Assembly (NCBI RefSeq): GCF_018350175.1
Contig: NC_058375.1
Coordinates: 372,001 to 436,000, forward strand
Direction: 5' to 3'
Source of the DNA: Felis catus
Taxonomy: Eukaryota
DNA length: 64,000 nucleotides
The position numbers and the translations under genes are program-made. Positions 45,431 through 56,039 of this stretch are shown here, piece by piece. The notes below the pieces were generated by a model, which was given only the letters and a program-made list of their open reading frames with translations, did no database searches and was not told where the DNA came from. Positions within the stretch are counted from its first letter, which is position 1; every line of letters starts with the position of its first letter.

Positions 45431-47289
45431 GGTGCCACCTGGAGCTCCCTTCCCGAACGAGACTTAGAAAGCTTCCTGAACAGGGCCTCGCTCCTGCCGG
45501 CTGGGCCTGGGGTGCCAGGGTGAGTGCCCCCTTCTCCTGTGGGGACCTTCAGCCTGCTGTCAGCCGTGGAGCTGGGGTGCTCAGGCAGCTCTCCTGCCGA
45601 GACTTGATCTTGGGGCAGTGAGCTGACCCTGGGGAAGCCTTGGCCGTGCCCTGCATCACCTCCTCAGAGTTGGCAGGCTGCCTGCCCCGGCTGCACAGCC
45701 AATGTCCTTCCTGTTTCCAAGCTCTGAAGGGTTCCCAGCAGATCCTCTTGGCTGCTGGCTCAGGTTCTGGACAGGAAGGCCAGGCCCACAGGATGTCTGG
45801 TGGCCAGGAACGTAGCCCTGAAGGCTTCATAGACCATCTGCTCAGTGGACAGAAGACGGGCCCTGAGAGAGGGGAGGGGCGTGCCGGAAGTCTCCAGAGC
45901 ACCATTTTCCTGAGGCCAGGCACAGCTGTCCCCCGCACCTGAAGACAGGGTGAGCTCATCTCTGGGGCTCCGCCCAATGCCAAGCACATGGCCCAACCCA
46001 TGGGGCCTCCAGGGCCTCAGCAGCCACGAGACCCCAACAGATGCTCTTGGCAGCCTGGGTGGCAGACAGGGCAGGGCGTGCTGGCCCATTTCCCCAGAAA
46101 TGAAGGACCAAGTCTTAAGACATTGAGTTACCTGCCCCCAGAGTGGAAGATAGAACCTGCAAGGGCACCCAGGGCACCTAGCCCTGGCTAGGGTTCTTGC
46201 CACAGCTTGGGCAGCCTCCCTCCCTCCCTCAAGGAGAAGCCCTGAAGGGCTTCCAGCACTAGGCACCGGGAACCCCCAGGCCCAGTGGGGTGAGGGCTCA
46301 TCCTGGATGGTGAGGTGCAGCTGAGTCCCCAGGGACCGTCAAAGCCCAACTGCAGTGCTGACCCTGGGTGCCCAGGACAGCAGAGGCTGGGTTGTCCAGT
46401 GGCACCCACTCAGTATGTGGGCACTTGAATGTTTATGGAGTGACTGCATTAACGTGAGCAGAATCTAGGGCAGAACTCTGGCCTGGGGCACTTCCGGAAG
46501 GTTCCCTGTGGCTGCCTTCAGAGTGTAGAAGGACCTTTGACCCAGCTGCCTTTCCGTGTGGGACCTGTACAGTCCCAGTAGGAAAAGATTGGTGTCTGTC
46601 CGGCAGTGCTGACTCTGTAGCCTCTGCTCTGGCTTTCAGGACGCAGCAGTGAGCGAGGAAGGACTCAGCCCACCTGGCCACCCTTCATGGCCCTCCACCT
46701 CATTCTACTGTCTCTTTTTCCATAGTACTCATCTTTTTTTGCTCACCGTGTTGGAATTTTCTGGTTTTGTTTCTGTCTGACAACCTCCCCAAGAATGTTG
46801 CCCTGATAGGCAGGGCTATTTGTCTCATGGGGCGTCCAAGTGCCTGGGAGAGCAATTGGCTCTGGGCAGGGACTCAGCTGGTGTTTCTGCAACTGGCAAA
46901 AACAGGTGCTCTGGTGAGAGACAAGCAAGAAATGAGCAGGAACACAGGCTGCAGGTGAGATCGGCACAGCGATGGTGCAAGCCAAGTGACACGACAGGGC
47001 CACGCTGACATCTGTGGGCACGTGTTCCGGGCAAAGGGCAGCTTCAGGTCACTGAGTTCAAGCTTGTGGCCCAAGCAGAGTGAAGCAGGCTCCAGGGGAG
47101 AAGGGGCCTGGCCGGGGGATGGATCCCACTCCGGGCCTTCTTGGGGGGGTGGGGGGGCAGCGGGATCCCAGCTGTTGCTTTCTGCCCCTCCCCCCACCCT
47201 GAAGTAATGACTCAGGGAGCGAGCTGACTCACAGGGACACAACCCCCCCGCCAGCCTGGCTCCCTGTGTGTTTCAGTGTGTGTTGGAAA

Positions 47290-48189
47290 ATGGGCGACCT
47301 GGAGTCGGACTTCAACCTGAAAGTTGTCTTAGTCAGTTTCAAGCAGTGTCTCAACGAGAAGGAGGAGGTGCTGCTGGATCACTACCTCGCTGGCTGGAGG
47401 GGGCTGGTCAGGTACATTCGGGGGCACTGCCCTGTGGGCCCCCACACACAAAGGTGGGGCCTTTCTGGCCACACTTCCCGCATGCTATGCTGTGCACTGT
47501 GCACACCAGGCTCCTGCCTGCCCGGAACTGGTCAGCCGTTCTCGTTCGCCACCTGGCTGGCAGCACCGAACCTTACCACGCCTGCTGGCACGTGGACATG
47601 TACCCCAGGAGGTGGGGGGAAGTCTCCCCTGCGCCCTGGGCTGAGCTCCTGCTTCCCCTCGAGCAGGTTCCTGAACAGCCTGGGTGCCATCTTCTCCTTC
47701 ATCTCTAAGGATGTCACCACAAAGCTACAGATCATGGAGCGTCTGTGCAGTGGCCCACAGCAGGAGCACTACAGCAGCCTGCAGTCCATGATGGCCTACG
47801 AGGTGGGCAACCGGCTGGTGGACCTCGAGCGTCGTTCCCAGCACCCCGACTCAGGCTGCCGGACGGTGCTCCGGCTGCACCGCGCCCTGCGCTGGCTACA
47901 GCTCTTCCTGGAAGGTCTGCGCACCAGCCCCGAGGACGCGCGTACTGCCGTGCTCTGCACCGACTCCTACAACGCCTCTCTGGCTGCCTACCACCCCTGG
48001 ATCATCCGCCGGGCCGTCACCGTGGCCTTCTGTACGTTGCCCACACGCAAGGTCTTCCTGGAGGCCATGAACGTGGGGTCCCCAGAGCAGGCCGTGGAAA
48101 TGCTGGGCGAGGCCCTGCCCTTCATTGAGCGTGTCTACGATGTCTCCCAGAAACTCTACACTGAGCATTCCCTGCTGAACCTGCCCTGA
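47290..48189 (+). CDS. CPTP: Ceramide-1-phosphate transfer protein (GLTPD1), 214 aa
   Basis: Coding exons 47290-47411 and 47667-48189 (645 nt); acceptor tttcag at 47276. GLTP fold: FSFISKDVTTKL, SGCRTVLRLHRALRWL, YNASLAAYHPWIIRRA; ends LLNLP. Confidence 0.96.
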   Translation: MGDLESDFNLKVVLVSFKQCLNEKEEVLLDHYLAGWRGLVRYIRGHCPVGPHTQRWGLSGHTSRMLCCALCTPGSCLPGTGQPFSFATWLAAPNLTTPAGTWTCTPGGGGKSPLRPGLSSCFPSSRFLNSLGAIFSFISKDVTTKLQIMERLCSGPQQEHYSSLQSMMAYEVGNRLVDLERRSQHPDSGCRTVLRLHRALRWLQLFLEGLRTSPEDARTAVLCTDSYNASLAAYHPWIIRRAVTVAFCTLPTRKVFLEAMNVGSPEQAVEMLGEALPFIERVYDVSQKLYTEHSLLNLP

Positions 48190-49322
48190 GGGCCAGCGGG
48201 TGAGGTGGGGCATGTTTCTCCTTTCCAGAGCTGGGCTGGGGCAGCCAGAACCCATCAGGCCCACCATGGAGATTTGTGGGTGCCCCAGGAATGGGAAATA
48301 CGCTTTCCCCTGCCAGCTGAGCTACGGGCCCAGCATAGCCCACTCGGGCTGAGCTTCTGGGCTGCAGCATGGGGGCTGTGACAGAGAAGGCAAGCCCTGG
48401 CCATCGCTCCTCCTTGTTGTCTTGCTCTGCCCAAGGGCACCTTGGCTTCACCCTCAACCAAGTTATATGTGTGCAACCAGGCCTTGCCCGGGTGGGTAAA
48501 GTGCCGAAGGCGGGGAGGGTAAGGGCAGTATCCGTGTTCGTGCGAAACCCTGAAAAGCTGCCCCCTGCCTGTGAGCCAAGTGTGTGAGATGGGGCGAAGT
48601 CACAGGTCCCCACAGTGCAGAGACTTCGTCCTGCTTGCCAGCAAACTCACCCAGCAGGTGCTTCTCTGTCCCTGGCCCATCTCGGTGTCAGGCCCTGGGC
48701 GCAGTGCCTAGGTCCAGGTGCCCGGGCCCCTCCACACGGGGTTGGCTGTCCCCAGGACAGGGATGGAACCCCTGGGCAGCAGTGGACAGGCTCTCTCCCT
48801 GTCCCTCACCTCCTTGTTAGCCAGGGTCCCACGTGTCCTCAGCAGCAACGTGCAGGAGCCAAAGCCCTGAGCGGAGGCCTGCCCTGCCTCTAGTTCTGCG
48901 CACTTATCAGCTGCCCCCTGCAGCCACCCTGTCGTTCAGGTGCTCCCCCAGGCAGCTGCCTGTGAGTCTGCACAGCACAACTCCAAAGCTCTAGAGAGCC
49001 CATGACATGACTCTGCTGGTCCAGTTCTGGCCTCTCCCTCCCCATCATCCAACAAGATGCTGCATTCCATCCTCCCCGTCCCTACAGAGCTCAGGAGACC
49101 CGGGATGATATGGCACACGGAGAGGGCCTGGACCCTTTTGCCCAGCTGACAGGCCAGCCGTCACCAGACACTTGGGGGCCTAGCGTCTCCTACTGGCTCT
49201 TCACTGTGAGCTCAGGGCCCTCGATACCGAGGGGACCGTGTCCACCATACGGAGATGTGCGTAAGTGTGAACTTGCAGAGACCCTGGGAAAATGTAATAC
49301 GGGTGATGGATTTTCAAACATC

Positions 49323-49328
49323 AATAAA
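49323..49328 (+). terminator. CPTP polyadenylation signal
   Basis: AATAAA about 1.1 kb after the stop. Confidence 0.65.
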
Positions 49329-50993
49329 TTCCCCTTCTAGAGCAGGTGGTACGCTCCAGGATGGGGGCTGTTTGCTGCGTCAAGCGCTAGCTTACTGAAG
49401 GGGAGGCGTGACCCCGTGGGGGCTTAGGCCCCACTGCCAGGCTCACAGGGCAGCGGCAACCATGGGGACACGTGGCATGTCTCGGCCAGCAGGGGGCAGG
49501 GACATGCTGCCCGTCTGTCCTTGCGCAGGCTTTAGCTTGCCCCCCACCCCGAGCCCCCGCTGAGGTCCACATTATCCCCATTTTGTAGTTGAGAAAACAA
49601 TCACACAAGGGCCTGGGTTGGAAGGGCAGGTCTGAGGCCAACTACACAGCTCGTAAGGAGAATGTGGAAGGGGAGCTGCCTTGTGCCACACGGTGGTTGG
49701 GACGGAAAGAGAACACGTATCAGACCCGAACGGCGGTGTCCCGTGCCACCTCCGCCACCTCCAGGTCTGCTGCTTCACCCTGTCCAGCGCTACCCTAGAC
49801 CCAGTAGGGACCGCAGCACCGTGTGGCGCCAGAGCCTGCGAGGACAGCCTGGGGTCCACGAGGACCAGAGAGCCAGTGTCGCACGTATGTGCACACATGC
49901 GCATGCAAATGTTCAGGTGCCACGCACTGCATACGTGTCATGCGTTTGTGTGTGTGGTGTGTGCAGGTACAGTGCATCAAGTGTGTGTTCTGCGCATGTG
50001 TGCACGTCCCGAGAGCACCATGCAGCGGGGACCCTCCCCACAGGCAGCAAAGACCAGATCCCAGACCACCTCCTATAAACATCTGCCAGGCCCCAGCCAG
50101 GGCGGGGTCCACCTGGAGCTCTCCCACTCCACTCCAGGGGCGTCTGCAGCCTCCCCCCAGTTCTTCTGGGTGCCTAATGGGCACATCCACCCCTGAGCCT
50201 GGTGTCAGGTCCCCAGGCGCCCAGAGGCTAAGTAGGAATGCTGGCAATCCACTGAGGCTCCCCTGCACACACCTGGTGCTGACCCAGCTTCAGAGGCCCA
50301 TTTGGTTATGGCCTTTCCTCCCTCATTTGCATGCACTGTCCTGCAGGCCCAGCTGTGACCTTTGTCCCCAGAGGGAGGCACCTGCTGTGTCAAGAGCCTA
50401 GGCTCAGTGTGGGCACAGCCAGGCTCAGGGGCCCCAAAGTTTCCGGGCCTCAGACACTTAGCAGGGCAACAGCCCAGACCTTCCAGTTGCACTGTTCCCA
50501 CCTTGGGGCCCTCCCCACCCCAGCCACAGGGTGGAGACCAAGCTGGTCCCCTGAGGCTGCAGATGGAGTTCCCCACCCCTGGCTGCTAACAGCCCTCTCC
50601 AGGGCTGGAGACAGGTGTTTCTGTACCTACTCCTCGGGGCACTGGCACCTCCTACAGGCAGCTGGAGACCCCAGGACCCTCTCCCAGAGACATCCTGAGT
50701 GTTCTCCCTCCCTTCCAGGAATGGGGTGGGTGCAGAGTGGTTTGGGCACAGGCAGGTAACAAGATCATGGTCCGTGGTTGCTCAGCCAGGGAGCCTGGTT
50801 GTGACATCAGGATCAAAGAGTCCAGAGAGTTGCAAACCTACTGGGCGGGGAATCAAGGGTGTCTCCAGGGGCCCCCCGGGCTCAGCAGGTGCAGACAGGC
50901 GAGGACTTTGCTAAGCAAATTCCCTGCACACACCCTACCCCACTTCATCGTATCTGGGGCCCCCAGCCCGTTCTCTCATTTGCCATCCCTGCC

Positions 50994-53900
50994 ATGCCCG
51001 GCCTCGCTCTCCTGGGCCTCACGGCTCTCCTGGGCCTCACGGCTCTCTTGGACCACGGGGAGGGCGCAACGTCCTGCTTGTCACAGCAGCTCAGGATGCA
51101 GGGGGACTATGTGCTGGGTGGGCTCTTCCCTCTGGGCTCTGCCGAGGGTACAGGTCTTGGCGACGGGCTGCAGCCCAATGCCACCGTGTGCACCAGGTAG
51201 GAATGCAGGGGGTGGGGAGCGAGGCTGGGAGTGGCTCGGGTCGGGGGTGCTCCTGAGTGGGGATGAGGTGTCGGCCACCCGCAGCCCTGTGTGGCCCCAG
51301 GTTCTCGTCTCTGGGCCTGCTCTGGGCGCTGGCCGTGAAGATGGCGGTGGAGGAGATCAACAACGGGTCGGCCCTGCTGCCCGGGCTGCACCTGGGCTAT
51401 GACCTCTTTGACACGTGTTCAGAGCCCATGGTGGCCATGAAGCCCAGCCTCGTGTTCATGGCCAAAGCAGGCAGCTGCAGCATTGCCGCCTACTGCAATT
51501 ACACACAGTACCAGCCCCGCGTGCTGGCCGTCATCGGGCCCCACTCGTCCGAGCTCGCCCTCGTCACCGGCAAGTTCTTCAGCTTCTTCCTTGTGCCTCA
51601 GGTGCGCCCCCCCCCTCCCGGTGCCACCCACCCCCACTGGCCCTGCCCACCGGGGCCCCCACATCAGGAGGTGCGTCCCGGCCACTGCAGGTCAGCTACG
51701 GCGCCAGCACCGACCGGCTGAGCAACCGGGAGATCTTCCCGTCCTTCTTCCGCACGGTGCCCAGCGACCAGGTGCAGGTGGCGGCCATGGTGGAGCTGCT
51801 GCAGGAGCTCGGCTGGAACTGGGTGGCGGCGGTGGGTAGTGACGACGAGTATGGCCGGCAGGGCCTGAGCCTCTTCTCCGGCCTGGCCAGCGCCAGGGGC
51901 ATCTGCATCGCGCATGAGGGCCTGGTGCCACTGCCGCCAGGCAGCCTGCGGCTGGGCGCCCTACAGGGCCTGCTGCGCCAGGTGAACCAGAGCAGCGTGC
52001 AGGTGGTGGTGCTGTTCTCCTCCGCCCACGCGGCCCGCACCCTCTTCAGCTACAGCATCCGCTGCAAGCTCTCACCCAAGGTGTGGGTGGCCAGCGAGGC
52101 CTGGCTGACCTCAGACCTGGTCATGACGCTGCCCGGCATGCCTGGGGTGGGCACCGTGCTGGGCTTCCTGCAGCAGGGCGCCCCGATGCCGGAGTTCCCA
52201 TCCTACGTGCGGACCCGCCTGGCCCTGGCCGCTGACCCTGCCTTCTGCGCCTCGCTGGACGCTGAACAGCCAGGCCTGGAGGAGCACGTGGTGGGGCCAC
52301 GCTGCCCCCAATGTGACCACGTCACGCTAGAGAACCTATCTGCGGGGCTGCTGCACCACCAGACCTTCGCTGCCTACGCGGCTGTGTATGGCGTGGCCCA
52401 GGCCCTTCACAACACACTGCGCTGCAATGCCTCGGGCTGCCCCAGGCGGGAGCCTGTGCGGCCCTGGCAGGTAAGGCCGAGGAGCCCCCACCCTCCCGAG
52501 AGCGGGGAATTTCAGTGGGGAATCTGGGCTGGCGGCAGCTCCGGCCGGCCTGGCCCGGCCCCACCCACCTGCTCCAACGCACCCGTCAGCTCCTAGAGAA
52601 CATGTACAACGTGAGCTTCCGTGCTCGCGGCCTGGCACTGCAGTTCGACGCCAGCGGGAACGTGAACGTGGATTACGACCTGAAACTGTGGGTGTGGCAG
52701 GACCCGACGCCCGAGCTGCGCACCGTAGGCACCTTCAAGGGCCGCCTGGAGCTCTGGCGCTCTCAGATGTGCTGGCACACGCCGGGGAAGCAGGTGAGCA
52801 CTGGGTGGCCGGTCCCCAGCTGCACAGCAGCTTTCCCCTCAGCCGGGAGAGAGCTCCGGCCCTGCCTGGGGCGCAGTGGGGGACCGTCCACAGGTCCGGG
52901 CGGGTGCACCAAGCTGAGCACAGCCCGAGCCCCGAGGCCCTATGCCAGCAGCCCGTGTCCCAGTGCTCCCGGCAGTGCAAGGAGGGCCAGGTGCGCCGCG
53001 TGAAGGGCTTCCACTCTTGCTGTTACGACTGCGTGGACTGCAAGGCGGGCAGTTATCAGCGCAACCCAGGTGAGCACCTCCCTGAGGCTGAGCAGGGGCG
53101 GGGACCCACACGGTCTCACGTCCTGCCTCCAAGTCCAACTCTGAGGCCACGGCAGGTGGGAGTGTGGTGGCAGAGCCCGTCCCCCCAGTGCCCCCTCTCT
53201 CCTCCCACACCACAGATGACCTCCTCTGCACCCAGTGTGACCAGGACCAGTGGTCCCCAGACCGGAGCACACGCTGCTTCGCCCGCAAGCCCATGTTCCT
53301 GGCATGGGGGGAGCCAGCCGTGCTGCTACTGCTCGCGCTGCTGGCTCTGGCGCTGGGCCTGGCGCTGGCAGCCCTGGGGCTCTTCCTCTGGCACTCGGAC
53401 AGCCCGCTGGTTCAGGCCTCAGGTGGGCCACGGGCCTGCTTTGGCCTGGCCTGCCTGGGCCTGGTCTGCCTCAGTGTCCTCCTGTTCCCTGGCCAGCCAG
53501 GCCCTGCCAGCTGCCTGGCCCAGCAGCCACTGTTCCACCTCCCACTCACTGGCTGCCTGAGCACGCTTTTCCTGCAAGCGGCCGAGATATTTGTGGGGTC
53601 GGAGCTGCCACCAAGCTGGGCTGAGAAGATGCGTGGCCGCCTGCGGGGGCCCTGGGCCTGGCTGGTGGTGCTGCTTGCTATGCTGGCAGAAGCCGCATTG
53701 TGTGCCTGGTACCTGGTAGCCTTCCCGCCAGAGGTGGTGACGGACTGGCGGGTACTGCCCACAGAGGCGCTGGTGCACTGCCACGTGCACTCCTGGATCA
53801 GCTTCGGCCTGGTGCATGCCACTAACGCCATGCTGGCCTTCCTCTGCTTCCTGGGCACTTTCCTGGTGCAGAGCCGGCCAGGCCGCTACAATGGTGCCCG

Positions 53901-54204
53901 CGGCCTCACCTTTGCCATGCTGGCCTACTTCATCACCTGGATCTCCTTTGTGCCCCTCTTTGCCAATGTGCACGTGGCCTACCAGCCTGCCGTGCAGATG
54001 GGCACCATCCTCCTCTGTGCCCTGGGTATCCTAGCCACCTTCCACCTGCCCAAGTGCTACCTGCTGCTGCAGCGGCCGGAGCTCAACACCCCTGAGTTCT
54101 TCCTGGAAGACAATGCCAGAGCACAGGGCAGCAGTTGGGGGCAGGGGAGGGGAGAATCGGGGCAAAAACAAGTGACACCTGATCCAGTGACCTCACCGCA
54201 GTGA
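50994..54204 (+). CDS. TAS1R3: Taste receptor type 1 member 3 (class C GPCR), 865 aa
   Basis: Exons 50994-51196, 51301-51601, 51691-52470, 52590-52793, 52949-53069, 53216-54204 (2598 nt). Signal peptide, Venus flytrap domain ([20 protein letters not shown]), Cys-rich domain (PVSQCSRQC...HSCCYDC), 7TM ending FHLPKCY. Confidence 0.98.
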
Positions 54205-54462
54205 GCCTACTAGACTTAGTTGAGATGCCCCCAAACTGAGTTCTTATGAAGCAACCCAGACAGTACCTCAACTGCCGAGACCACCCCCAGTTCTAGATCT
54301 TGACAGCAGGCTGACCGCTGACCTGGATGCCACAATGATCCTTGGGCCTGCAGCACTCAGGAAGGTCCTCAGCACCCACCTGGGGCCCCAGAGAGACTCT
54401 GCCCCTGTCCCAGCCAAGCCCTGGCCAGGGCCTACCCAGGTGATCCAGCCCTACTGTTCCAG

Positions 54463-54468
54463 AATAAA
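54463..54468 (+). terminator. TAS1R3 polyadenylation signal
   Basis: AATAAA about 260 nt after the stop. Confidence 0.6.
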
Positions 54469-55106
54469 GCCAACAAAAGTTTCCTCGGGGCTCCTTAGCT
54501 CAGGCCAAGAGCTCAGGAAGGCCCCTAGCCAGACCACTTGAAGGCCAAGCTGGGCATCACTTGCCTGGCCAGGCCCAGCCTGGAGACCCCAGCCAGCACC
54601 CCCTCCAAGCATCACAGGGGTGGGAGGTTGGTGGGTGGTGGTCAGCTGTGCTGACTCCTCCGCAGAGGCACGTGACAGACCGTGGTTCCCAGAGTGGTGC
54701 AGGAATAGTGAGCAGGGCAGAAGCCCACTTAGTGGGGGAGGGAGACACCCAAACTCTTCCCCTCCCTGGCCCAACCCAAGCGGGTAAAATGGGGTCAGCC
54801 GCCACCAGCACCGTGGACAGAGCCCAGGCAGGGTGGTGGTGGGACTCAGCACCAAGGCCAGCACCCACGACGAAGACCCCTGGAGCCGGGAGGCAGCACC
54901 ACGGACAGAAGACCAGCCACGGACTCTGCTGGCAGCCAGCACCGGGGACAGAGCCTTGTGGCGGACCCGGGAACCCAGAGCGCAGCACCTGGCCAGTCCT
55001 GGGTCAGCTCTTAGCCAGGCCCTGGGGAGGCTGGACAAGTCTTCTAAGGTACCCCGGCAGGAGAGAAGAGACAGTCCACACGTCAGTCCCATAAAATTAA
55101 ATGCTT

Positions 55107-55112
55107 TTTAGT
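55107..55112 (-). terminator. Probable DVL1 polyadenylation signal (variant ACTAAA)
   Basis: TTTAGT on + within an AT-rich block (55088-55150) containing a TGTA element on -. Confidence 0.5.
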
Positions 55113-56039
55113 CTTTAAAATAGCATTTACACAGAAGCAGCTCTATTAACTATCTGGACGGACACTCTGACTTGATACAGTATCTACAGCGCAGATGTGT
55201 GCAGGCCAGAAACGCCAGGAAGGAAGCGGCGTGAGTGGGTGGGCAGTCACCTGAGGACAGCAAGGAAGGGTGGGCTGCCTACCCCCTCTCCCCCAGACCC
55301 TGCCCCTGCAGCAGCTGCGTGCATCTGTGCCCTCTGCCCCTCAGGGTCACATCCCCACCACTGCTAGCTCAAACACATGCCTCTCCTGTCTCTCCCTCAC
55401 CAACCCTCCCACTTTCAGACACAACCTGTGTCCCTGCATTCAGTCTGAGTCCCGGGGGCAGGGGGGCAGCTGACCTGGCCACCACCTTCCCCAGGGCACA
55501 CAGGCCAGACAATAAATAAATAAATTAGATCCCTATCCTGGGCATCCACAGAAGAGCCTGGGGGCTCTGATTCCACCTTTGAGGGGTCCGACCCAGCCCA
55601 GGAGAGAGTGGTGGGGCCTGTGTCCTGGGCAAACAGGGGGCCCAGGGCCAGCAGCTACTTCTCAGCTTAGTCTGAAGCCCTGTGCATGGCTCTGTGGGCA
55701 AGTGGGAGTCCCAGAGGCACTCCAAGGGCACCAGGAGGTGGAGGACCCTCACCAGGGTCTGCATGGACACAAGCCGCTCTGAACAGCAATGTGCAGGCCA
55801 CCGAGTCCAGATTGTGGTGGTCTGGGCTGCCCTCCGCCCATCCCCCCAGCCTGCTCTCACTCTCTGTCCAGGCCTGGGCCCCAAGACATGGCCCCTTGTG
55901 TGCCCCAGAGCACAGGCTGGCTTGAGGCAGGACAGCCACCAGTAAGGCAAGCCCACACAAGCTCCAGGGGCAGTGCCCGTGCAGGAACGGCCACCAGCTC
56001 CCCCACCATGGGGCCCAGCTGAAGGCACTCTCTCCTCGG

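Noticed and set aside
44503-45621. 372-aa + strand ORF with a poly-Ala tract
   Set aside because: Non-ATG start; it spans a CpG island where stops are rare; the poly-Ala is simply the (GCG)n repeat; no recognisable domain.
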